Shown: positions 1-12,627, numbered from the whole stretch's first letter. The stretch is DNA of 60,756 nucleotides, filler included, from Hausera hauseri (GCA_046269625.1; 12 parts of 12 records of this genome joined end to end with filler, not necessarily neighbours in it), one strand, 5' to 3'. Notes: generated from the sequence alone by a model not told the origin. Program-made: numbers and translations.

Positions 1-176
1 GTCAATTGATTACGAAAACTGCTATAATAAACGCCCTAAAATCACCGAGAGGGAATTAAGGAGGATGGTAGCACAGAGCAAAATCAATGGTGGAATAACC
101 TGACAACTACAGATCGGGTTATTTCACCATCAAACAAGGAATTGATTCAGATTTAGAACAATACTTTGTTTTGGGA

Positions 177-204
177 CTGACCCTTATTTTGTATTTTCTT
201 TCAG
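177..204 (+). promoter_or_regulatory. Putative splice acceptor (branch point CTGAC, polypyrimidine tract, AG) for the retroelement accessory ORF
   Basis: CTGAC at 177-181, then cccttattttgtattttctttcAG ending at 204. Frame 1 begins immediately after the AG. Confidence 0.5.
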
Positions 205-2607
205 AATGGTAAGTATGATTATCCCAATTAGAGTCAACAATTCCTACAATGGTACGCAACAATCTTCATTCCCAAATCGAAAGCCATATACAGAAGAATA
301 AATGACGCATTAAAAACAGAAATGTACGTCGAATACCGGAAAATAAACGAAATACCAAATGACTTGAAAGGTGCTACCGAAGAGAACCGCACAGTTTTCC
401 TATACGCGATGCGCGAAAACAATAAAGCTATGTCGTACGGCCTTAAGGAACTGATCCGGAATAAGATCACCCAAATGGAAGATATATTTATCCATCTAGC
501 TGATGGAGAAGTATACTATAGAATAGCGAACCAACGCTGGAACTGTAATGAAGAGCGCCAATACCGATTTAGTACATTCAGAATAAGCGGACAAGGCATA
601 GAAAGTATCGATTGTTGTCTAGAATTTAGAATAGCGACTCTCCCTGTTAAACTCATGTTTGAGGTAATACATAGAGAAAACTGCAACTTAGGCTTGCTAG
701 TACTAGAATTCAAACAAACCCCAACCGAAGCGGAGAAGGACGAACACCACCAGTCATATAGGCTAGTACAGGATGGACGTAACATAAGAATTATGGCAAT
801 AAATTGTGGCAGAGAAGATGATGGGTATGGGATACCTATCGAAGTATCTATCAGAGAAAGAGATGGAACTGAGCTTTACTCTACCATTATAAACCCCCGG
901 AAACATGTTCAGGAATCATACGTGGTAGTAACTGGGTTAAGAAAAGAACAACTTATAAGCGGAAAAGAATTTCAGCAGGTCCGTTCCGAGTTAGACCACT
1001 GCCTTTACGGGTGTATGATAACGGGATACAACGTAAAACGGGAAATCGAGCTATTAGGGATATCCGATGCAAATATTGCCGGATTTAGGGAAATAGCTAC
1101 TCACCCGATGGTCCAGGAACGAATGGAGGAGACCGTACAAGGAAGAAATAGGCCGACCACTGCGGAAGCCTTCTTCAAGCTCATGATTGAATCAATGAAT
1201 AGTAATTCAGGCAGAATTCCAAGACTCCTAACGAGAAGCCAACGTTCCAAATACTTGCAGGAAATTTATAAGACATTAAAATGGTAACACAAATGGGCCC
1301 CTAGGAATCCTACATACAATCTACGTAGTTCCCTGGAATCTGAACAAATAAGCGTCAAATATAGAAAAAACATCAAGCCTTATTCCCCAGCCAGAACCGT
1401 CCAGCCCACAAGTACACATAGCCTTATGGTTACACTACAGGAACCTATGGAGAAACAAAACGGAAACAAAACGGACTTACAAAATAAAAGCAACCTTATG
1501 TCAAAGAAACAAAGAGAGGAACCGAGACTGGAATTAATGACTAAGAAACCAAAATTAGAAGAGGAATCCCAATCCAAGAAGACCTCATCCATTTATAACT
1601 ATCTATTCAAGAAGAAAAGAGAACAGCAGGAACAAAAAGTGGATAACCAACAAAACAGGCCAAGTACCTCACAGAAGGTAGAACCTCTAAAAAGGGAAAT
1701 TAAGAGTCCCATAATAACGGAAATTAACGCCTTGATAGGAAAAAGAATAAAAGAAAACGTACATTGCAGAACAACTCAAGATTTTCCCAGAATACTGGTA
1801 ACCACCGAATATTACAGTAAAAAGATAATAAAGGAAGCCATGTTTTTCATCAAACTTGCTCCGACAAGAGAAGTCTTTGAGAACACCTACGTATGGGAGA
1901 ATTCCAAGCTAGGAACTTACCTCACATCAGTCTTCCGTTTAAAAAGAACGGGGAAAATAATAGTTCCCGTGGATAAACAAATTCGAATATTGCCAAAGAA
2001 ACAATAACAGAAATATAAAATAGAAGGGAAGATTCCCGACCTAGATAAAGATCTCGTGGCAAATTGGACCTTGATCCAAGTAAACTGTGACCCTCGGAAA
2101 AGCGCCATTAAATCCAAACAAAAGGTGATACATGGATATCTGTATCAAGACGGAGATGATCTCGTGTTCGAACCAATCAAGCTATTTATTCAAGTTGACT
2201 TGGATAGAGACAACTGGGGCTAGGAAGATAGCGAATGTCCCGTATGTGATGCAAATTTAAGATAAGGCTATGTAGTTTTAGACAATAAACATTGCTGTCA
2301 CAAATACTGTCGAGATTGCCTAGAGAAGTGGACACTCGACAACGGGAAGACAACGTGTCCGGTATGTCGGAAAGAGGCCACGGAATTGAAATACTACTCA
2401 GACGGGAGCTACACACGAATTGTTCGGATTAAACCTCACCATAGTTACAATTTGGAAACAAGCCCAGTAACCAGTCAAGACCAACGAAATTCGCCAACAG
2501 ATCTGCCTGAAAGAATAAATCAATTAAGGCAACCTAGGCCGTCGGGTGCCATCTCTTCTGACGCAATAGGCTCCTTCGAGGATGCCGCTCAGGGAGGAGA
2601 AATGTAA
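205..2607 (+). pseudogene. LTR-retrotransposon 3' accessory ORF (~800 codons): inactive DEDDh/REX4-like exonuclease domain plus C-terminal C3HC4 RING finger
   Basis: ORFs 322-1287, 1426-2007 and 2386-2607 are all in frame 1, broken only by single stops at 229, 1285, 2005, 2221 and 2263. 784-1120 reads IMAINCG...EVSIRERDGTELYSTIINP...VTGLRKEQLISGKEFQQVRSELDHCLYGCMITGYNVKREIELLGI, which follows the REX4/ISG20 pattern with DxE replaced by NxG. 2236-2367 reads CPVC-x14-CCHKYCRDCLEKW-x8-CPVCR. The ORF ends at the PPT/LTR junction. Confidence 0.75.
2591..2602 (+). promoter_or_regulatory. Polypurine tract (PPT)
   Basis: AGGGAGGAGAAA directly before the LTR TG. Confidence 0.8.
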
Positions 2608-3329
2608 CAGTTGTAGCCAGTGGACCGCAAACACTTCGTCATCGGAATACATTTAGAATTATTACAAACCGAATTCCAGATATAAATTTGTCATTCAACT
2701 AATTTTAGAAATATTACAAATATTGCTGTGCGCAAATTGAAATCATGTATATAATAGATAAGTAATCTAAATGTAAATAATTCGATGCGAAATCAGAAAA
2801 TGCCAAAATAAATTTAGAAAATTTGTCATACGAAGAGAAACACTACTATATAAACAGGCTTGTTCATAGAATAAAGGGACATTGTTATAGTATCGTTCAA
2901 GTGAACCGACTTAGAGTCGTTCAAACTAGACTTCTTTGATATCGTTACAATCAGTTCGAATTGCTATTGCCCTACAGTTCTGTAGACTATTGACTTCTAT
3001 TCATTTCCGTACGTGATCGTGTATTCAATAAAGGTTAATATTATACGTTGTTATAAATGCTCATATAGATTTATATCATCTCTTAAAGACGATTTGTACT
3101 ACCCTAAGGTAAAAATTTTACTTAAACTATATAGGTAAGACTAAAAATTGTAAACTACAGCACATAATTTTGCAAACAGTACCAGCATAGTTATATAACT
3201 TCAGTTAAATTCTTAAGGCACAAGCATACTATTCGAGAACGAATATTCCTAACCTGCTGATTTAGCAACTAAATTTATACGTAAATATTGTTATAGTGGG
3301 AGACGGTAATGGCCACCCCAACTGTAACA
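2603..3329 (+). mobile_element. Long terminal repeat (727 bp) of a Ty3/gypsy element
   Basis: Starts TGTAACAGTTG and ends CAACTGTAACA (11-bp inverted repeat, 10/11 match). Contains TATATAAA near 2847 and AATAAA near 2870 and 3027. Flanked by a PPT and a PBS. Confidence 0.85.
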
Positions 3330-3333
3330 TATT

Positions 3334-3351
3334 TGGCGACCCTAGCAGGAC
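3334..3351 (+). promoter_or_regulatory. Primer-binding site, tRNA-Arg-like
   Basis: TGGCGACCCTAGCAGGAC, 4 nt after the LTR end. It is complementary to a tRNA 3' end (GTCCTGCTAGGGTCG-CCA) and resembles Arg PBSs. Confidence 0.7.
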
Positions 3352-3503
3352 AGTTTGTGCCTCGCTAGATATTACTTTCAAGAGTCGACTAAAGACATAC
3401 CGGAGATTAGCGCCACTTACACCAAATAATTGTAATACGATAGAAGTAAAGAGTTTAAACTTGGGATTATAAGTGGTTAGAAGGGAATTAAGTAAAAATC
3501 AAA

Positions 3504-4424
3504 TTGAGAGCAAACATTGATAGTTTCAACTTGAATCAAAACTTATTGGTGAACGGCAAAGAGAAACTTAACCAAAGAGAAGCACTAAATAATCTCTATC
3601 CTGAAGATAAGATAATAGATAAGTATTGTTTATCTGACACTGAACTAAACTCCGTTAAAGAATTTAAAGCTCGTCCTAAAATTAAAGTAGACAAACCAAA
3701 TAAAATAAAGATGGCAGCAGAAAACCCAGCCNNNNNNNNNNCAAAAACTTGATATATTTAAGTTCGATTCCTTAAGTTTACCGGCGTACGACGGTGACTT
3801 GGATGAGCTAAATGACTTTCTAAGAACTTATAAATTGCACGCAGAAGGTGCCAGTCTTAGGCCCGAGGTTATGATTAAACGACTGTCATTATACTTGAAA
3901 AATCGGGCTGCAGACGCCTATAGTGAACTTACTAATGTTGAGAAGAAATCATGGTCCTCTGTGGTAGAAGCCCTAAATCGTAAACTATTACCAACGGTGA
4001 CGCCTCAACAGAAGCTTATGGCCTTCCAGAATAGAACGCAACAAAAGGGTGAGTCAGTTACTAAATTTGCATTCGCACTAAAGAAGCTTGCTAATAGTTA
4101 CGTGAGTACGTTAAGGATAGCCAATGCTGCAAAGGCAAAGGCAGACGCAGAACGCGAAGCGGCACAAAAGGCGAGTCCATCAGATTTGGATGTAATGAGG
4201 ACAACTCAATTAATAAACGGTATATGGTCTACAGATTTAATTAAGCAATTAATTCTAGCTCGACCAGACAATTTCCAGACAACATTACAGTCAGCACAAA
4301 ACTTAGAAATAGCATTAGATAGATACGCTAGACAAAGTGGTAGATATGACCGAAACAATTATCGCGATAATCGAGATAGAAACCGAAACAATAGAAGATT
4401 TAACGATAATAATAAAGACCGAAG
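3504..4424 (+). pseudogene. gag: Ty3/gypsy gag (truncated by contig end)
   Basis: Lies after the PBS. ELNDFLRTYKLHAEG...LSLYLKNRAADAY...SWSSVVEALNRK...RTQQKGESVTKFAFALKKLA fits the retrotransposon gag/major-homology pattern, followed by an R/N/D-rich tail. Confidence 0.85.
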
Positions 4425-4524
4425 NNNNNNNNNNNNNNNNNNNNNNNNNNNNNNNNNNNNNNNNNNNNTTAATTAATTAANNNNNNNNNNNNNNNNNNNN
4501 NNNNNNNNNNNNNNNNNNNNNNNN
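4425..4524. other. Artificial contig-joining linker (44N-TTAATTAATTAA-44N). Also at 9623, 14984, 19115, 24124, 28579, 37704, 42013, 46749, 51424, 56037
   Basis: Identical 100-nt spacers with stops in all six frames, separating unrelated sequences. Confidence 0.97.
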
Positions 4525-6161
4525 CACAACTTTCGATCTAGAATTACTAGCCATAATTCTCAATGTCAAACACTTCAGACATTTCCTCGAAGGAAACGCG
4601 TTCACAATCCGCACGGATCACAAACCACTTATTCACATGATGAGTATGAAAATCCCATCGCCTCGTCAAGAGCGACATATCTCATTTCTGTTGGAATTCT
4701 CATTCCAGATAGAACACATAACTGGAAAAGATAACACAGTTGCTGATTTCTTTTCCAGAACTGGGATATCGACAATATCATTTGACCCAATTTTTAAGTA
4801 AGAGGTTCTCCGATCGAACCCTCCACATGAAGACGATATTACGTTCTTCAAAACAGTCGACACTAAAGATGGAATACACTACAACACCATCCTCAATAGT
4901 TGTCCGCGCTCAATTCTGGCAGCAAACCTACGGAAACAGGCGTTTGACATCATTCACAACATCTATCACCCATGATGAAAATCCACAGCTCGCCTATTAA
5001 GCAGTAGAGTTTGTTGGCCTCGTATGCTAAGCGGCATAAAGCAGTGGACAAAGAATGTTCACTTTGCCAACAGTATAAAGTCAACAAGACTATACAACCA
5101 CCAATCCTACACTATCCTACTGGCTCACGGTTTGAAACCATCCACATGGACATAGTAGGACCACTTCTCGAATGTAACGGATATCAGTACATCCTAACCA
5201 TTCTCGACCGGAAAACAATATGGCGCGAAGCCATTCCAATCCACCAGATAACAACGCAAAGCCTTGTGGCTGTATTGCTAAATACATGGATTTCTCGGTT
5301 TGGAGTACCTAAAAACATTATAATAGATTAAGGTACCCAATTCGAATCAGCCATGTTTAACCAATTAATTAAATCGCTTGGTTCAAAGCACATATATACA
5401 TCACCCTATCATCCGCAGGCGAATGGCTTAATTGAACGATTTCAACGTACACTCAAATCATCCCTACGAATCCTATGCCACGAAAACAAGAATTGGCTGG
5501 ATGCCTTACCCATCGTGCTATTAGGATGGAGAAACACTCCGAACACTAGCGCTGATGACTCTCTGGCACCACTATTATTTGGTGCCCACCTCACATTTCC
5601 AAGATCTGGTAAGCAACGAGGAAGTAACTTCCATTCCTGCTGTCAACCAAGCTCGGGAGTATTTACTGTCCATAGAAACGAACCTTGCATTCCACAACAA
5701 TCACAAAAACCAATCATGCCCAAGAATCTACAAGATGCGTCCTTTGTCTGGCTCAAAAGCCAACAAACACACGGTTTTAAACCGTACTACACAAGCCCTA
5801 CAAGCTTATAGAAATCACTGAGCACAACGCCAAAATATTACGCGACAATGAGGAACATATAGTTCACTTGTCGAATATGAAACCCGCATTCGCCCATCAT
5901 GATTCCGATACCGAAGATCCCATCCAACAAGACGTACCAAGCATGTCAGGAGTAGACAAGCTTCGAAAAAACTATGAGAAAATTGATCCATTCTGCACGG
6001 ACACTAGCGTAGCATATGACCCAACCCCGGGCCAAACTGAAACACATATTACCCCAATGCCCATACTTCTGGAAACGGAACGTACGATAATACGCATTCA
6101 AACCCCTGCCGCACCGGTATCGAGTCGCACCAGGAGTGCCTCCACGATACCTCGATTTTAG
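4525..6161 (+). pseudogene. pol: Ty3/gypsy (CsRN1-like) pol: RNase H C-terminus and integrase
   Basis: FRHFLEGNAFTIRTDHKPL, HITGKDNTVADFFSR, CSLCQQYK, IHMDIVGPL, WISRFGVPKNIIID*GTQFES, YHPQANGLIERFQRTLK. Contains frameshifts and stops. Confidence 0.92.
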
Positions 6162-6200
6162 TAAAACCCTACAGGCTTAAAAGAAAGAGTACCCGATTGC

Positions 6201-8003
6201 ATGCAGCATGAATGTCGCATCAAAGCAGGTGGAGATCAAACCCAGTGCCAAAATCGACACTCGCTCATACCGCTTTTAATAAGTTATGAGCGCGCCACAT
6301 ACAACCAGGCGAAGCATTGGGTGCTCGCTGAGAAGCCTAACAACTCTCGATTCGAAACGGTTTGCGGGCCATTCCACAACCTTTGTTCCACTACAAAGTT
6401 ACATTACGCACATTTTGTCGTTAAACTATTGACACACAAAACCTATCGAGAATGTGACACGGTCTACTTCGACACTATTCATCCATATACCTTTTGTAAA
6501 CAAGGGTTTTTATGAAGACCTTTTTTACTCAAAACATACAAAAAAGTTGTCGTACAATTCACTTACAGACGCGAATTCAATCGAGCATGCGAAACGCTCC
6601 ATCTTGATTAGAATAAAGGCGAAATTCTGCGGTGAACTCAAGCAAATTTCAGCAACATGAATACAGCAGACATGACCTATGCATTAAAAGAGATGAGGAG
6701 TGATAATGTACCAAAAAATTAAAATAAACCCCCTTTACTTTTTTCTGAAAGTACAATACATTATCAATTTATTTTCTTTATTTGCAAAATATGCTAGTGA
6801 TAAATTTATCAGCCACAATCCCATCACATGATACCTCCTAAAATCAGCATAACGTAACGAGAATTTGTTTATTGGTACATTTTTTGATAAACTACGTTAA
6901 AGACTGCTGAATAGCGGTAAACAACATTTAAATATTATTCCATTGACAAATTATTATTCCATGCTTTAATAAGGGATGTAAAAAGCCATTTAAATGTTCT
7001 TTTCTTGATGGTAACATCGCATTATATTGGAAACAATAACATTATCCACAATAAAAATCCAACATTAAGCTAACCAAGTCTTACTTTACTTTTATCCAAA
7101 ATTTCCATGACACGAAACGATTTCCCTTTCTGATGCATGACCGACATAATACGACCAAATGAACACGTTCCAGCATGGACAACGAAATTCCTTCATTGAC
7201 AATTTATTGTAAATACATCCAATTTCAAGCACGAAGCAATTCAATTAAAATAACATCTATAAAACCAAACGAAGTAGCAAAATCTCGACACGGAAACAAT
7301 TCAAATTAAAATAGGACTATTAATTTATGGGAAGATCGAATTGGTGTGCTGAGAACCATTTCTATTAAACAAACGACGATTGCGTTTGTCGGAGTTTTCA
7401 TCATCCGCTAGTGACAACAAAGGCTGACATGAAGATATTATTACCAAAACCTAACAATGTCGGTATGTAGCGTAACAAAATCGTTATTAATCTTTATTAT
7501 TGGTTTTTCATGAGATGATACATTTTGATTTGTTTTCAAATGAATTCTCGCCGACGGAGGAATATTGATTTCGGTAATCGAATACCTGCCCATTCTTTTA
7601 AGGATTTCTAAAGTCGTCTTATATGCAGCGGTGTCTTATTCCGACCAATTCAATAACTTCATCAAATTCATCTTTGAATGCATCGGACATCAGTGAAACA
7701 TCATCAACACCTAAAGACAACGTTTCGAGTAAAACGCCAAAAAGTTATTACATTTCGCCAAGGAATTCGTAAAATACTGCAATAACTTTGCACGTTTCAA
7801 CAAATTTAATTCAACTTTATTCGGGCTTAAGTTCATGGACAATGTTATTATCAAACGAAATGTTGAGCAAATATTTTCCAAATGGATTCCGAAATCATAA
7901 TCAACTAAAACTAAATCAAACAACCATCAAAGATATTAAAAACTATAAAACACACCAAATTCAGAAAAATATCTGGACATCACAATATTTACACATTGAC
8001 TAA
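6201..8003 (+). pseudogene. Degraded extra coding region downstream of integrase (putative accessory ORF)
   Basis: ORF fragments 6201-6660 and 7788-8003 lie between the integrase and the PPT. 6440-6640 weakly resembles the exonuclease-like segment. Confidence 0.35.
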
Positions 8004-8942
8004 TTGAGATTATTTAAACAAATTAAAACAGTATTATTGCAATTAACGTTCAAAACATACCTGTGTATTTCCATCATCAATTAAGAATCCAAGTTATCAT
8101 TGAATTATCTATCAGACAAAAACCGAAAATTTATAGATAATACCAATAAAATAATAATCACAGAATAATATTAATAAAATGGCTGAATATTTGATGTTCT
8201 CTAAAACAATCGTTTGATTTTGAACAAATTTACAATTTTTTTTGTTTTGTATTCGCAGTAAAAGACATGAAATTTAATCAAAAAGTGCTATCGAAATTTG
8301 AAGGAACAGAAAATTAATTAATGCCAAATTCAACTGTAATTTCATTTTTTAAATGACAATAAAAATGTTGAATAAAAATATGATATTTTAAATACCGAAT
8401 GACCAATTTCGTAATTCATATGCATTAGTAAATTATTTTGGGAAAATACAATTTCAGTTTCTTAGGGCCAAGAGGATTCAGTACGCAATTGGGTGAAAAT
8501 TTCGTTAGAGTAATTTCAATTTTAAATACAAAATAACAAATCAAACAAACTTTGTTTAATACCAAGTTATGTAACATTAAAATATGCAATATACCAATGA
8601 TGCAATAAACATGATATTCAAACAGTAAAAACGTCCCTTTTGCAAAAATAAAATTAATTAAGAAATTAAAATAAAAATTGGTGGGTATGGATAGAAAATC
8701 AAACGCTCTAGGAAAGGCTAAAATCACAATTTTAACTGTTACTTAAGAGACGAGTAACGTAAATATGCAAGCAAATTTCAAGAAAAATCTAAATTTTAAC
8801 TTTTAATTACGCAAGAAAAAAGTAACATGTTAAATGAATAACAAAAATCGATTAACTTTCATTGTTAATGCAAAATTAAAACTTTATTGCTAAATTGTTT
8901 AAAAATTAAAATCAACAAGTGCTTTTAATTTTATTTCTCATG

Positions 8943-9622
8943 CGGGGGAGCCTTGTAAGATTCCAGCTTACAATAACACAAAATTTAAAATCACAAATAA
9001 TTAAAATCTCACGGATTCGGTAAATTAAATATACTAAAATCAAATTTTCTTACAAAATAACAAAAAATAAAAGCGAAAATTCGGGTTGCAAGTGTTGGAG
9101 CAACCAGCACTTGTAGCAAACAACAAAAAATCATCACTAAGCAAAATCTGTGAATTTAAACTCATTTATTTAAATTCACACTTTAATAGATTTTGATTTT
9201 ATTCAAAAGTATATATACACAATGTCAGAAACGTCGAATACAGTCGGAAAGGGCCGAATAACGGAAAAGTCAATCATGCCTGTGCCGCCTCCCGCCAAGC
9301 CAAAAATCAGTGAACCCATCACCCGAAAACAAGGCACGGTATTCACTTCCAAACTGGAAGTCAATAAAGTCATTAATTTGACATCAGGGTACCGGATCCC
9401 TAATCGATCCCAACCAGAATTGGGGAGAAGACAGGACCCAGACAACAGTCAAGTCTTAACCATCAAGCCAAAGCATCCATGCCCGACTCGGCGAGACACC
9501 GCCTCCCGCGGAAGACGACGCCGCAACACCGACAAGCGAGCCCCGTACCGATCCTACTCGGACTTTCTGACGGTACGGGAGCTGTTGCAACGGAGCCGTT
9601 TCATACGGCTCCTAGCCATATT
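8943..9622 (+). mobile_element. PPT and probable start of the 3' LTR
   Basis: GGGGGAG-CCT-TGTAAG, a typical CsRN1/gypsy PPT-LTR junction with TG at 8954. The LTR end is not visible. Confidence 0.5.
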
Positions 9623-9974
9623 NNNNNNNNNNNNNNNNNNNNNNNNNNNNNNNNNNNNNNNNNNNNTTAATTAATTAANNNNNNNNNNNNNNNNNNNNNN
9701 NNNNNNNNNNNNNNNNNNNNNNTGTTTTTTATGTACTGTAAATGCATTTGCCGGACTAGAATTGTGGTTTGTCAATTTTAAATTAAATTCCAGGTTTTTG
9801 TGATTATTACGTAACAAGCGGTAAGAATTTTTAAAAGAATAATCAGTAGTATAGTAAGTAACCAAGTACAAATGTTGGTTTTATTTAATACTACTGTGTG
9901 CTGTTGATCCGTTAGGCAAAATGGTAATAACGCGGGACAAAATATCGTTTCAACTTAGCTGTGCCAAAACGGTG

Positions 9975-10810
9975 AATCTATTACCAGAAATGGAGGGCCA
10001 TGTCTTAGACCGTGGCACTACAGCCCTGATACCTCTTCTCCATCCTATTGATATCCTGGTGAAAACTTCCGCACTGTTCCTCGCTATAGACTCCGACATT
10101 CACGGAAAATAATCCAGGTGAGAGCCTAAAGGTGCAGCTTTATACTCATTCGTTATCCGAGAGTTTGAAAGTTTCTGATCATCTGTCTAACAGGATTTCA
10201 CAATCGTCCGACTTGTGGTTTCCAAGAAAGTTATGCACAACGTGAACGAAAGAATTTCAAACTTCACGTTCAACTGATGCCATCCGAGACCAAAATTCAG
10301 TATCTTTTGTTTGCTGTCCAATTTGTGTAACTATGAAACTGCGATCTTTCAACTTTGCTTCTTTCATTTCTCGAAATTTCTCGGCAAGGTACTGAAATGC
10401 AGCAGTTTCCATCCTGATTATTTACAAACGTTTTCATTAATATGTAGTTGATTAACAAAACCTTTTGAGTATCGACTAACGGTACTGCTTTCACGCAGTG
10501 CCTTCCTGGAGTAAATTGATCTCGCGTGGGCCTCTCTTTTCTGACTAGTGTAACAAAGGAAGCAAGAGAACTTTGAATATCCGCTTTGGAGACCAAGCAA
10601 TGTCGCAATGACTTTCAGATCTCCATAGATCAGCCATTTATGTTCATCATACGTAACATGTTAACAGTGTTTTTAAAGTCTCAAAAGTTTCTTTTAGAGT
10701 AATGGAATACGCAATTGAAAGTGATGCAACTGTTACAGTTATAGAGAAGCACAGTTTTTAAACTGCCCTTTGACAAATCCATAAACACACTCCACTCAGC
10801 AGCACTGTAA
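9975..10810 (-). pseudogene. Chapaev3-like (CMC superfamily) DDE transposase relic
   Basis: Minus strand reads EWSVFMDLSKGSLKTVLL, WLIYGDLKVIATLLGLQSGYSKFSCFLC, PLVDTQKVLL, VVHNFLGNHK, MSIKLH, SHLDYFP and YSEEQCGSFHQDINRMEKRYQG. Confidence 0.8.
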
Positions 10811-12627
10811 TCCATACCTGTGGTGCAGCAATCCCGAGTGCGACCACCAATCTAGACGGTATGGACCACTTTTGAGTCTTTGGACTGGTCTCGCTGCGTC
10901 CCTGACCTTTTCGTCACCGCCGGTATTTGTTTGACCATGATTGTTAACCAGATAAATAGTGATATCGATCTGGATATTCAATTTGAATTTGTTAATTTGG
11001 GAAATTCTATCAGCCAAACAGCTTATCAATGTAAATCTCTTTCAAATGAGATATTTGCCTATCTTGTTTACCAATGAAGTGAACTGGTCAGTTCTGTTTA
11101 TAAATAATGTCTCTTTAATTTCTGATGCACAAAAATAATGCTAAGCTGGATGCTGTTGCGATTATTTCCCACACACAGCTAGACCAAGGAAGGTTGTTGG
11201 TAAAACTCTCTTATCCAGAAAATGTTGGACTTCCACAATATCACTGCTCCACAAAACTTGACAATCTATAGAGATAAAGAAATCAGGTTGCACAACAATT
11301 CCAACACAACGTCAAGTTGTCATTTCATCAGTTTGTTCATCATTGATGAGTCTGCACTGTACAAATTATTAATGCAAATAAAAGAAGTTAATTTGAACTT
11401 CTCTTGGCGTATGTTTACCCCTAAAATTATTCTTAGACATACCACGTTTTCTTATCTATTATTATAAATCAATATCGAAAATCAACATTTTTCATATATA
11501 ATTGGTTATTCCTTTTATTCAACCTGTACATAAATCAGGATCATTCCTGTGCAAAGCATTCCTTACTCCTCTACTAATATTCTACATGAACAGTTTAAAC
11601 TTCCTTGGTTGGAATCTGTACTTCAAGAAAAACATGGGATAATATCTGTTGGACCTTCTTTACCACAGCTTATAACAATTAAGAAAGAAGATCATCACTA
11701 TCGACCTTCAGTATTTAGATTTCAATTCATTGCTTTGATAGCTATCTCACATTTTAATCAAAGACCTTAAATTTAAAACATTTGATGTGGCCATTGCAGA
11801 TAAAATCAAGGATATCTACACTCAATCCGTTGACTATTCCCACAGAATCAAACATTTAACCTTAACAACTAAGCGTACAGTAAATCGATTTCTTCAATCC
11901 TTAATTTCGACACAGTAAAAACAATTTGACTCAGCGTTTAAAAATAAGCGTATTAAAATATCTGTACCACCTTTTAAAATTTTTCCACAACCAGGACAAA
12001 AGTTTACCTTTCACATCTGTTCAAATGTGTATACACTAACAACCGGTGAACCCTTACAATCAAGAAAACTTCTATTTCTCTTTTCTATATATGGTTATTT
12101 GTGATCATTGCTTCAGGCATAATAACAGTTTGACTCGCTTTGGCCATGTACTTTAAACTATCCAATAAAACATTTTACCTGTAACACTTTAACTTATACG
12201 AAAATGTAATGCACTATGATTCTAACTTTAATTTAAATTACTTACCGGCAGATGAAATTGCCAGTAGACAATGTAATAATTTATATAGTACAATATTATT
12301 ACATTTAAAGTTAGCGACAGCCTATTATGTTTTGGTTTGGGCACATTTTTCTAATACTCATTAATATTTTAGTGAATTCGAGTGATTTCAGTGAGCAGAC
12401 CGTATCAGCGTCAAACTATGTCAGTGGATATCTACAGTTTCTCCGCGAATCGAATTCCACTCAATAAGCGGTTTGTATGTGGTCTACTATCCGCATAGAA
12501 ACAGGAAAAGCATCCGTCGAGCGCACGATGAATGACATCCAACCACTTCTACTGATACAACAACTTAATTCCTCGTCCTCTTCTGGAACTTCTCACCTTT
12601 TGGACCAATCCCCATTGATCCGTAATA

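Noticed and set aside
205-2607. Alternative genetic code (TAA/TAG = Gln), suggested by five TAR-only stops without frameshifts here and by Q-to-stop changes at 5329 and in GAPDH
   Set aside because: Other relics show TGA/TAG at Trp and Cys positions and TAR at Tyr positions plus many frameshifts, and the PolB genes end normally at TAA. Ordinary mutational decay explains the pattern.
4425-4524. Regularly recurring TTAATTAATTAA motif as a biological repeat or CRISPR-like array
   Set aside because: It is always embedded in 44N+44N, so it is an artificial six-frame-stop contig linker. Adjacency across linkers has no biological meaning.
10850-12250. Coding-looking fragments on both strands (e.g. 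NFCPGCGK, FDVAIADKIKDIY)
   Set aside because: No recognisable family, consistent frame or splice model could be supported.
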